NCBI GenBank assembly: GCA_938031185.1
Contig: CALHGX010000017.1
Coordinates: 7,662-71,661, forward strand
Direction: 5' to 3'
Length of the DNA: 64,000 bases
DNA from: an uncultured bacterium
GTDB lineage: Bacteria; Verrucomicrobiota; Kiritimatiellia; CAIKKV01; CALHGX01
Shown piece by piece: positions 56,015 through 64,000 of this stretch (its first letter is position 1; each line of letters begins with the position of its first letter). Below the pieces are notes generated by a model. The model searched no databases. It saw only the letters and a list, made by a program, of their open reading frames with translations, and had not been told where the DNA came from. The translations under genes and the position numbers were made by a program.

Positions 56015-57481
56015 TCATGCGCGACGGCGCGGGGGTCTTCGTCCACCCGGACGCGCCGCGCCGCGCGCTCCCGCGGGTCGCCGCCCCATCGGCGGTGTCG
56101 GCCCGACCGGCGCGACGCCAGCCGGCGGCGTGGGCAGCCGTAGCAACGCAGCATCGGGATGGACATACGCAAGTTCCCGGCCGATGTACTTCTCGATTTC
56201 CGGCAGATTGAACGATTCATCCTCGCAGGCAAACGTAATCGCCACTCCAGTGGCTCCCGCCCGACCGGTGCGCCCAATCCGGTGCACATACGACTCCGGC
56301 TCTTGCGGAATATCGTAGTTCACGACATGGCTGATGGCCTCGACATGCAAGCCGCGCCCCGCCACGTCGGTGGCCGCCAGAACCCGGATCTTGCCGGCGC
56401 GAAAATCCTCGAGAATTCGCACCCGCTTCTCCTGCGGAACATCGCCGGACATCATCGCGCTGCTGATCCCGTACCGTTGGAGCTGACGGAACACCCGCTC
56501 GGTCTGATCGCGCCGATTGCAGAAGAGCAGCACGCGGGTGAGCGCCTTCTGCTCCAGCAGGTTGTAGAGCAGGGCAAACTTGTTGCGGGCAGACACGAGG
56601 TAGACGCTCTGCTCCACGGCGTCGGCGGCCACGTGCTCAGGGGCCACTTCCACCACCTGCGGCTGCGCCATCCAGTTCGAAGCCAGCCGCATGACCTCGG
56701 GCGTCAGGGTGGCGCTGAAAAGCATCGTCTGGCGGCGCCCCTTTATCGGGGTCGCGTGCACGATCGTGCGCACATCGGGTATGAAGCCCATATCCAGCAT
56801 GCGGTCGGCTTCGTCAATGACCAGGATTTCCACATGGCGCAAGTCGAGCTTGCCGCGGCGGCGGTAATCGAGCAGGCGGCCCGGCGTGGCCACCAGAATA
56901 TCCACCGGCCCTTCGGTCAGCATCTGTTCTTGCTTCCGATAGTCCATGCCGCCGAAAACCGCCAGCACCCGGCAGGACGCATGACGCCCCAGTGCGCGGG
57001 TGTCCTTTTCAATCTGAATGACCAGCTCCCGCGTGGGCGCCAGGATGAGGGCGCGCGGCGCCGCCGCCCGGCGCGGGGCCGGCAGGGGGCGCCGCAGGCA
57101 ATGCGTCAATATGGCGATCAGGAACGCGGCGGTCTTACCCGTGCCGGTCTGAGCGCGCCCGGCAATGTCCCGCCCCTGCAACGCATGGGGCAACACCCCG
57201 GCCTGAATCGGCATGCAATAGCGAAACCCCAGGTCGGCGACCGCGCGCAACACCTCGGCCGGCAGGTCGAGATCCTGGAACCGAGTTCGTCCTTCCGCGG
57301 GCGGCACGTCAAAGGCCGCGGGGAGCCCAAGGCCTTTGGCTGATGGCGCGACGCCCGGCTCCGGGCGACTTCGCCCGTCCGCGGCGGCGGCACTCGATGG
57401 ATTCTTGCGGCCTGTCCGCCGCTTCGGCCGGGCCAACCGGGCCACGCGACGGCCCAACCGACGTAGGAATCGTGTAACCAT
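56015..57481 (-). CDS. DEAD-box ATP-dependent RNA helicase (RhlE-like) with Arg-rich tails
   Basis: Q-motif/GFRYCMPIQ, AQTGTGKTAAF, DEADRMLDMGF, SAT, HRIGRTGRAG. Basic N- and C-terminal extensions. Confidence 0.9.
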   Translation of the reverse strand: MVTRFLRRLGRRVARLARPKRRTGRKNPSSAAAADGRSRPEPGVAPSAKGLGLPAAFDVPPAEGRTRFQDLDLPAEVLRAVADLGFRYCMPIQAGVLPHALQGRDIAGRAQTGTGKTAAFLIAILTHCLRRPLPAPRRAAAPRALILAPTRELVIQIEKDTRALGRHASCRVLAVFGGMDYRKQEQMLTEGPVDILVATPGRLLDYRRRGKLDLRHVEILVIDEADRMLDMGFIPDVRTIVHATPIKGRRQTMLFSATLTPEVMRLASNWMAQPQVVEVAPEHVAADAVEQSVYLVSARNKFALLYNLLEQKALTRVLLFCNRRDQTERVFRQLQRYGISSAMMSGDVPQEKRVRILEDFRAGKIRVLAATDVAGRGLHVEAISHVVNYDIPQEPESYVHRIGRTGRAGATGVAITFACEDESFNLPEIEKYIGRELAYVHPDAALLRLPTPPAGVAPVGPTPPMGRRPAGARGAARPGGRRPPRRRA

Positions 57482-57596
57482 GTGCTTCTTCGCCGCACAC
57501 TATAGGAAGGCCCACCCGGCGACGCAACGCTATTGTCGGCTCTTGTATGCGGAGCCGGGTTTGAGATAACGTCAGTTCCGTGAAACAAGCTGCGAG

Positions 57597-57806
57597 GTGG
57601 TCATGTTTTCCATGGACGTGCTCTTCTCGATGGCCTGCCTCTTCTTCCTGGTGTGGGTTCTGCTGCTGAAGATGGAACTGGCCCGCCAAAAGGAGGAAAA
57701 CCGGCGGCTGCGCGAAAAGTTCGAGCGCTTCTGCGGTACGCTGAAGGAGGAAGTCGGCGTCATCAAAACCCGCCGCCCGTGGGGCCGCCGCACTCCTACC
57801 GGCTGA
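57597..57806 (+). CDS. hypothetical small membrane protein
   Basis: 69 aa. One TM segment (LFSMACLFFLVWVLLL) followed by a charged helix. Support is only an ORF in an otherwise empty gap. Confidence 0.25.
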   Translation: MVMFSMDVLFSMACLFFLVWVLLLKMELARQKEENRRLREKFERFCGTLKEEVGVIKTRRPWGRRTPTG

Positions 57807-57903
57807 GCATCTTCGGCCGCATGCCTAAGAGCTTTGGTGGTTCCACGCCGTCATTGAACGCGGCGGCAAGCCTGTGATAGGGTGCGGGCAATTGGGTCCA
57901 CCT

Positions 57904-58452
57904 ATGGCAAGCGTCCCTAGTGCTCCTGCGCCCGTGATATGGTTGACGGGTTTATCCGGCTCCGGCAAGAGCACGATTGCCGCCCGGCTGGCGGCCGCGC
58001 TGGAAGCGCGGCGCCTGCCGGTGGAGGCGCTGGACGGGGATCGTCTGCGCGAGATGTTTCCTGGAACCGGGTTCAGCCGTTCGGAACGCGAAGCGCATAT
58101 CCGGCGCACCGCGTTTCTGGCCTCGTTGCTGGCGCGGCACGGGGTCATTGTCGTGGCGGCGCTCATCTCTCCGTACCGTGAATCGCGCGACTTTGCGCGA
58201 TCGCTTTGCACGCGCTTTTTTGAAGTGCACGTCGCCACGCCACTGGAGGAATGTGAGCGCCGCGACCCGAAGGGCCTGTATGCGCGGGCCCGTCGGGGCG
58301 AGCTGCGGGCATTCACCGGCCTGGACGATCCTTATGAGCCGCCCCTGCATCCGGAGTGCTCGGTGGACACGCGCCAAATCTCGGCCGAAGACGCCGCCGC
58401 CCAGATCCTGCGCGCCTTGGAGTCGCGCGGCTGGATTCCCACTGCGCCATGA
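57904..58452 (+). CDS. cysC: adenylyl-sulfate (APS) kinase
   Basis: [59 protein letters not shown]. Confidence 0.85.
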   Translation: MASVPSAPAPVIWLTGLSGSGKSTIAARLAAALEARRLPVEALDGDRLREMFPGTGFSRSEREAHIRRTAFLASLLARHGVIVVAALISPYRESRDFARSLCTRFFEVHVATPLEECERRDPKGLYARARRGELRAFTGLDDPYEPPLHPECSVDTRQISAEDAAAQILRALESRGWIPTAP

Positions 58453-59348
58453 AGCACACCCTGACCCATCTGCAGCAACTGGAGGCGGAAAGCATCCACA
58501 TCTTCCGCGAAGTGGTCGCCGAGTTTGAGCGCCCCGTGCTGCTCTATTCCGTCGGCAAGGATTCGTCCGTGATGCTGCGCCTGGCGCAGAAGGCTTTCCA
58601 TCCGGGGCGACTGCCGTTTCCGCTGCTCCATGTAGACACAGGCTACAAGTTCAGGGAAATGTACGAGTTTCGGGACCGAACCGCCCGCGAACTCGGCGCC
58701 ACGCTGCTGGTGTACCGCCATGCGGAGGCGGGGCGCGCCAATCCGTTCGAGCTCGGCACCCAGGCCTGCTGCGCGCTGCTCAAGACGCAGGCGCTGCTGC
58801 AGGCGCTGCGGAAGCACAAATTCGACGCGGCCTTCGGCGGGGCCCGGCGCGAGGAGGAGAAATCCCGCGCCAAAGAGCGGGTCTTTTCGTTTCGGGATGA
58901 GTTTGGGCAGTGGGATCCTCGCAATCAGCGGCCGGAGCTCTGGAACCTGTACAACAGCCGCATCCGCCCCGGCGAATCCATCCGCGTTTTCCCGCTTTCC
59001 AACTGGACCGAACTGGATGTGTGGCAATACATCCACGCCGAGAAAATCCCTGTCGTCCCGATGTATTTCGCCCGGGAGCGGGATGTGATCGTCCGCGACG
59101 ACCAGTTGATCCCCCTCGATGAAGGGCCCGTGCCACTGCGGCCGGACGAGACGCCACAGCGCATCTGCTGCCGTTTCCGCTCGCTTGGCTGCTACCAATG
59201 CACCGGCGCCATCCGTTCCACCGCCGCCAACGTGCCGGAGATCATCGAAGAAATGATGACCATTCGACAATCCGAGCGCGCCACGCGCGTAATTGACCAC
59301 GATGCGGAAGGCTCCATGGAGATGAAAAAGAGAGAAGGTTACTTCTGA
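58449..59348 (+). CDS. cysD: sulfate adenylyltransferase subunit 2
   Basis: [22 protein letters not shown]...[16 protein letters not shown]... PAPS-reductase-fold CysD pattern. ATGA overlap with cysC. Confidence 0.9.
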   Translation: MKHTLTHLQQLEAESIHIFREVVAEFERPVLLYSVGKDSSVMLRLAQKAFHPGRLPFPLLHVDTGYKFREMYEFRDRTARELGATLLVYRHAEAGRANPFELGTQACCALLKTQALLQALRKHKFDAAFGGARREEEKSRAKERVFSFRDEFGQWDPRNQRPELWNLYNSRIRPGESIRVFPLSNWTELDVWQYIHAEKIPVVPMYFARERDVIVRDDQLIPLDEGPVPLRPDETPQRICCRFRSLGCYQCTGAIRSTAANVPEIIEEMMTIRQSERATRVIDHDAEGSMEMKKREGYF

Positions 59349-59358
59349 AGGCCGCCCC

Positions 59359-61314
59359 GTGAACCCCTCCGAAAACCATTCCGAAGAAGCCGCCTCGGAT
59401 TTTCTCCGCCGCGATGCCGAAAAAGACCTGCTGCGTTTTTCCACTGCGGGCAGCATTGACGACGGCAAGTCCACGTTGATCGGCCGGCTGCTACACGACA
59501 GCCGCGGCGTCTACGACGACCAGCTCGCCGCCATCCGCAAGGCCGCGCGCGGCCGGCCGGAAGGCGAGACGCTGGATCTGGCCTGGATCACCGACGGTCT
59601 GAAGGCGGAACGGGAGCAGGGCATCACGATTGACGTGGCCTACCGCTACTTCGCCACGCCCCGGCGCAAGTTCATCATCGCCGACACACCCGGCCACGAG
59701 CAGTACACGCGCAACATGGCCACGGGCGCCTCCACGGCCAACCTAGCCGTGCTGCTCGCGGACGCCCGGCTGGGCATCCTGCCGCAAACCCGCCGCCATG
59801 CCTTCATCACCGCCCTGCTGGGCGTCCCGCATCTCGTGCTCGCGGTCAACAAAATGGACTTGGTCGAGTACCGCCAGGAGCCGTTCGACGCCGTCTGCCG
59901 TACATTCGAGGAATTCGCCACGCGCCTGCGTATCACCGATCTGCGTTTCGTCCCCATCAGCGCGCTGAACGGCGACAACGTCGTCACCCGCAGCGCGCGA
60001 ATGCCGTGGTATCAGGGCCCCAGCCTCTTGGACCTGCTCGAGACGGTGTATATCGGCGGTGACCGCAATCTGGTGGACCTTCGCTTCCCGGTGCAAAACG
60101 CGTTTCGCCCCGACATGACGTTTCGCGGCTACGCGGGCACAGTGGCCTCCGGCATCCTGCGGCCGGGCGACGAGGTCGTCGCGCTGCCGTCCATGCGAAC
60201 CACCCGCGTCAAGACGATCGTCACCCGCGACGGTTTGCACAACGAGGCCTTTCCGCCCATGGCGGTGGTGGTCACGCTGGAGGATGAACTGGATGTGGGC
60301 CGCGGCGACATGCTGGTCCATCGCCACAATCTCCCGCGCATCGAACGCCACTTCGAAGCCATGATGGTGTGGATGGGCGACGAGCCGCTGGATCCCGGTC
60401 GCGCCTACCTGATCAAACACACCACGCAAACCACCCGGGCGCGGCTGGACGCTCTCCGCTACGCCGTGGATGTGCAAACGCTGAACCGGAAACCGGCGGA
60501 CACTCTGCGGCTCAATGAAATCGGCCGCGCGGTCTGGACCACGCACCGCCCGCTGTTGTTCGATGCCTACGAGCGAAACCGCCACACCGGCAGCTTCATC
60601 GTGATAGACGAACGCACCAACGCCACCGTGGCGGCCGGCATGATCATCGAACGCGAGCCGGCCGAGCAACTGCCGGCGCGCATGGCCCCCGCCGCAATGC
60701 CGGCGCCGGTCTTTTCGCCTCCCCGGCGCCGCATTTCGCCCGCCGAACGGGAACAGCGCTGGGGGCATCGCGCCGCAACGGTCTGGATCACCGGCTTGAG
60801 CGGCTCAGGCAAGAGCGACGTGGCACGCGCGCTGGAGCGACTCCTCTTTGACGCCGGTGTTCGGCCCGTCGTTCTGGACGGAGAAGAGGTGCGGCTCGGG
60901 TTGAGCGCGGAACTGGATTTTTCCTCTGCCGGCCGGGCGGAGCATCTACGCCGCGTAGCGGAAACGGCCCGCCTTCTCAACGAGTCGGGCGTGCTGGTGA
61001 TCTGCGCGTTCGCGTCGCCCACGGAAGACCTCCGTCGCCAGGCGGCCGAACGCATTGGCGCGGAACGATTTTTCGAAGTTTTTCTCGACGCGCCGGTCGA
61101 ATGGTGCGAGACGCGCGACACCGCGGGTCTTTACCGCCGCGCACGCGCGGGCGAATTGCGGAACGTGGCGGGTGTTCACCTGCCGTATGAAAAGCCGGCG
61201 CGGCCCGATCTGACGATCGATATGCCTGACATCGGCGTGGAGGCGGCCGCCGCCCGCATTCTGACCGGCTTGCAGGAGAGAGGAATCGTGCGGGTTACGC
61301 CGCCTGTCGAATGA
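59359..61314 (+). CDS. cysN: sulfate adenylyltransferase subunit 1 (GTPase) fused to an APS-kinase-like domain (CysNC type)
   Basis: GSIDDGKSTLIGRLL, DTPGHEQY, NKMDL. The C-terminal domain begins around aa 461 with [11 protein letters not shown]. Confidence 0.85.
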   Translation: MNPSENHSEEAASDFLRRDAEKDLLRFSTAGSIDDGKSTLIGRLLHDSRGVYDDQLAAIRKAARGRPEGETLDLAWITDGLKAEREQGITIDVAYRYFATPRRKFIIADTPGHEQYTRNMATGASTANLAVLLADARLGILPQTRRHAFITALLGVPHLVLAVNKMDLVEYRQEPFDAVCRTFEEFATRLRITDLRFVPISALNGDNVVTRSARMPWYQGPSLLDLLETVYIGGDRNLVDLRFPVQNAFRPDMTFRGYAGTVASGILRPGDEVVALPSMRTTRVKTIVTRDGLHNEAFPPMAVVVTLEDELDVGRGDMLVHRHNLPRIERHFEAMMVWMGDEPLDPGRAYLIKHTTQTTRARLDALRYAVDVQTLNRKPADTLRLNEIGRAVWTTHRPLLFDAYERNRHTGSFIVIDERTNATVAAGMIIEREPAEQLPARMAPAAMPAPVFSPPRRRISPAEREQRWGHRAATVWITGLSGSGKSDVARALERLLFDAGVRPVVLDGEEVRLGLSAELDFSSAGRAEHLRRVAETARLLNESGVLVICAFASPTEDLRRQAAERIGAERFFEVFLDAPVEWCETRDTAGLYRRARAGELRNVAGVHLPYEKPARPDLTIDMPDIGVEAAAARILTGLQERGIVRVTPPVE

Positions 61315-62867
61315 GCCAAACACCGCCATCGGCCGATGCCGCAGCGCGCCGCGAGGACGCGCTCAAGGCCACCTCCAGCGCCGTCTTGATGGGCGCAGGC
61401 CAAGTCGGCGGGATGCTGTTCAGCAGCATCCTGGCGCTAGTCGTGCCGGCGGTGTTCGGTCCGTCCGACTACGGCCACTGGGTTTTCTTCCGCAGCATTG
61501 TCACGATGCTGATCGGCACAACCCTGCTGGGCGCGGGGCCGATGATGTCCGTCCATTATGTCTCCCGCCGGATCGAGCATCGGGAGGACGATGCCGCCCG
61601 TCTGTTCAAGTGCGTCTTTCTGTTGCGCACCGTCATCGGGCTGGTGATGATGGCGGCCGGCGTCCTGATGCTGTGGACGGCGCGCAACCCGGTGTTCGGC
61701 CCCGGCGCTCTGGCCGCTTTGGCGGCCAGTCTGCTCTTTCGGGTGCTCGGCGGCAATTTCGTCCTGCTGCTCTACGGCGAACGCCACTTCGCTCGGTTGT
61801 CGGTGGCGCTCGTCCTGCAGCAAGCCACTGTGCCGGCGGTCATCACCCTAGCTTATCTGAAAGGCGGCTTCGCATGGGTGCCCGTCGGTTGCGCGCTGGG
61901 CGACGGACTGAACATGCTGATCAGTTACCGTTTCGCGAGACCACACTTCCGGTGGCCAGCCGGCTGGCCGCGCCGGGAGGAGTGGAAGCCGCTGCTGCAT
62001 TTCGCCGGCGCCGTGGCGTACGCGAACACCGCCGTCAGCGTCTATGGCCAGTCGGCGCCCTATCTCATGGGGCTGGCCGGCTTTGGAGCCGCCGAAATCG
62101 GCCATGTCGGTCTCGCGCTGCGCCTCAGCCAGGTGGGTCAGAGCCTCCTCCAGCAGTTTTCCAGCGCCATATTCCCTTCCCTGCGGGTGGCCCTCGTGCG
62201 GTACGGATTGGACCGCCTGATTTCCTGGCGCAGTTTTTCCTGCCGCCTGGGCGCGCTGGCGGCGCTGACCGCCACGGGCGCCTGGGTGTTGCTGGGCGGA
62301 TGGATTGTGCCGCTGATCTGGGGCCGGGCTTTCGCCCCGGCCGCCCTCCTGGTGGCCGTGGCGCTGGCCTCCCTGGTGCCGCGCTGGGTCGGAGACCAGT
62401 ACGGCGCGCTTCTCACCGTCATGGAGCGTCCACAACTGGCCTCCCGTTCCGTCACGTGGCTGCTGCTCGCTTTCTTGACGGCGTTCCTGTGGTTCATCCC
62501 CCGTTTTGGGACGTTGGGAGTTCCTCTGGCGATGTTTGCGTCCGGCGTCGCGTACATGGTGAGCGGCTGGTGGCTCACCCGCCGGCTGCTGCCGCGCCCT
62601 CTCGGGCTGCGCCGCCTATGGGGTCCGGCCGCCGTGGTGACCGCCGCCTGGCTTGTCAGGGGTTTCCTGCCTTCCGCGCCGGCTTTCCGATGCATCTTCA
62701 CGGCGGGCTGGCTCGCGGTTCTGGCCGCGGTTTCGATCTGGTCGCGCAGTCTGGCATGGACCGAGGGGCTACAACTACTGGAACATCTGCGCCTGCTCGG
62801 TCGGCGTCGCTCGGTGCACGAAAAGGCCGCGGCTTGCAGCGAGGAGGAAGACGAACCATGCGCATAG
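61311..62867 (+). CDS. MOP-superfamily polysaccharide flippase-like membrane protein
   Basis: 518 aa, about 14 TM segments. ATGA overlap with cysNC (61311-61314). Confidence 0.5.
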   Translation: MSQTPPSADAAARREDALKATSSAVLMGAGQVGGMLFSSILALVVPAVFGPSDYGHWVFFRSIVTMLIGTTLLGAGPMMSVHYVSRRIEHREDDAARLFKCVFLLRTVIGLVMMAAGVLMLWTARNPVFGPGALAALAASLLFRVLGGNFVLLLYGERHFARLSVALVLQQATVPAVITLAYLKGGFAWVPVGCALGDGLNMLISYRFARPHFRWPAGWPRREEWKPLLHFAGAVAYANTAVSVYGQSAPYLMGLAGFGAAEIGHVGLALRLSQVGQSLLQQFSSAIFPSLRVALVRYGLDRLISWRSFSCRLGALAALTATGAWVLLGGWIVPLIWGRAFAPAALLVAVALASLVPRWVGDQYGALLTVMERPQLASRSVTWLLLAFLTAFLWFIPRFGTLGVPLAMFASGVAYMVSGWWLTRRLLPRPLGLRRLWGPAAVVTAAWLVRGFLPSAPAFRCIFTAGWLAVLAAVSIWSRSLAWTEGLQLLEHLRLLGRRRSVHEKAAACSEEEDEPCA

Positions 62868-64000
62868 CGGTGCTCGGCCGCGGCTTGTCCATGTCGGTCG
62901 GCGGCACCAAGACCTATCTGGAGGAGATGGTGCCCTGGCTGCCGCGAGTGGACACCCGCAACGAATATGCGCTATTTCATGGCAGTGCCGCGCATCGAGG
63001 GCGGTTCCCCGGCCTGCGCGAGTTCTTTCTTCCGCGCGCCCACCCGCTTCTTTGGGACAACGGTCTTTTCCCGTTTGCCGTCCGGCGTTGGAGGCCGGAT
63101 CTGATCTTCTGCCCCAAGAACGTGCGGCCCTGGTTTCTGCCGCGAGACATTCCCACCGTGCTGCTGGTGCATGACCTGCTCTATTTCCCGCTTCGCGGCG
63201 TGTATTTGAATGAGTATGCCGCGGCCGATGTCGCCTACATGCGCCTCTTTTTCCGCGCCGGCATCCGTCGTGCCGCCATGGTCGTCGCGGTCTCCGAGAA
63301 TACGCGGCGCGATGTGCTTGAGGTGACCAACATCCCCCCGGAGCGGGTGGCCGCCATCCATCACGGCGTGTCACCGCCGGCGGAAGAGGCCTTGACGCCC
63401 GCGGCCCTGGATCGGGTGCGCCGCACGCACGGCCTGTCCCAACCGTATGTGTTCTATCCAGGGAGCCTGTCGCCGCGCAAAAACATGGCGCGCGCCATCG
63501 AAGCGTTCGCGCGCATCGCAAGCCGTGTGCCGCATGACCTGGTGGTGACCGCGGGAAAGAGCTGGAAAGATCGGCCGGTGTTCGAGGCGTTGGCTCGGCA
63601 CGGCCTGCGCGACCGCTTCCGCCAACTCGGGTGCGTTCCATCATCCGAACTTCCGGCGCTGTACCGCATGGCCTCCCTCTGCCTGTATCCCTCCCTCTAT
63701 GAGGGCTTCGGCATGCCCGTGCTGGAGGCCATGGCCTGCGGCTGTCCGGTCATTGCCTCCGAAACCAGCTCCATTCCCGAGGTGGCCGGCGACGCAGCCC
63801 TTCTGGTCAATCCTCTCGATGTGGATGCGCTGGCCGAGGCGATCTGGCGTGTGTTGACGCAGGATGCGCTGGCCGATCACTTGCGCCGCCGCGGCCTCAG
63901 CCGTGCCGCTTCGTTCTCATGGCGCGCCTGTACGGAGCGGCTGGTCGCGGTGTTTGAAGAAGCCCGCGAACGCGGCGTGCCGAGCCGATTGCGCTGTGGA
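62858..64000 (+). CDS. glycosyltransferase family 4 (GT-B), 3' end beyond window
   Basis: Absent from the ORF track because there is no stop before the window edge. My translation from ATG 62858 reads MRIAVLGRGLSMSVGGTKTYLEEM... ...SLCLYPSLYEGFGMPVLEAMACGCPVIASETSSIPEVAGDAALLVNP. Confidence 0.8.
   Translation, partial: MRIAVLGRGLSMSVGGTKTYLEEMVPWLPRVDTRNEYALFHGSAAHRGRFPGLREFFLPRAHPLLWDNGLFPFAVRRWRPDLIFCPKNVRPWFLPRDIPTVLLVHDLLYFPLRGVYLNEYAAADVAYMRLFFRAGIRRAAMVVAVSENTRRDVLEVTNIPPERVAAIHHGVSPPAEEALTPAALDRVRRTHGLSQPYVFYPGSLSPRKNMARAIEAFARIASRVPHDLVVTAGKSWKDRPVFEALARHGLRDRFRQLGCVPSSELPALYRMASLCLYPSLYEGFGMPVLEAMACGCPVIASETSSIPEVAGDAALLVNPLDVDALAEAIWRVLTQDALADHLRRRGLSRAASFSWRACTERLVAVFEEARERGVPSRLRCG

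Overview
This is a 64-kb, high-GC segment (about 62% GC by my hand counts) from a diderm bacterium. Lgt, a TolC-type protein, a secretin and an exosortase are all present. The lineage cannot be assigned from the sequence alone. I call about 57 protein genes and one tRNA-Phe. I saw no rRNA, CRISPR array, transposase, integrase or phage genes.

Layout:
(1) 1-10.9 kb, minus strand: an ArsR-headed, tightly overlapped 12-gene operon. It encodes a DUF318 permease, TolC + MFP + RND pump, a cupin, a split DUF318 permease, a 61-aa five-Cys protein, DUF169 and a ferredoxin, and it runs into lgt.
(2) 11.2 kb: tRNA-Phe.
(3) 11.5-24.3 kb: an exosortase/EpsI polysaccharide locus with a priming sugar transferase, GT39-like, GT26, 2x GT9, 2x GT4, and Wzy-like and Wzx-like proteins.
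(4) 24.5-27.3 kb: housekeeping genes (NYN/YacP, family-4 UDG, pssA, psd).
(5) 28.4-32.9 kb: a radical SAM gene with an in-frame TGA, then mnmG and mnmE. A block of about 3.4 kb at about 43% GC has both compositional breakpoints inside genes.
(6) 33.2-37.6 kb: a fused membrane/spermidine-synthase-like protein, a PflX-type radical SAM enzyme and a Cys-rich MliC-domain protein.
(7) 37.7-45.3 kb: a Na/Pi cotransporter, a GH3 gene relic, an ABC exporter, panB and small envelope proteins.
(8) 45.7-52.4 kb: a minimal secretin / PilM-N-O fusion / Pro-rich protein / GspE-ATPase cluster.
(9) 52.4-57.5 kb: folK-dapB-dapA-lysA and a DEAD-box helicase.
(10) 57.9-64 kb: cysC-cysD-cysNC coupled to a flippase and a GT4.

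The observations most worth a second look:
- The ArsR operon pairs three transporters with a redox module of uncharacterised families.
- Two palindromic modules built from 8-nt GGAAnnnT units bracket start codons, and one arm of each is translated as signal peptide.
- The low-GC block leaves mnmE and the radical SAM gene as compositional mosaics.
- The secretin cluster contains a triple PilMNO fusion.
- The PAPS-synthesis genes are embedded in a polysaccharide locus.

All functional calls rest on motif recognition by eye. No database search was run.
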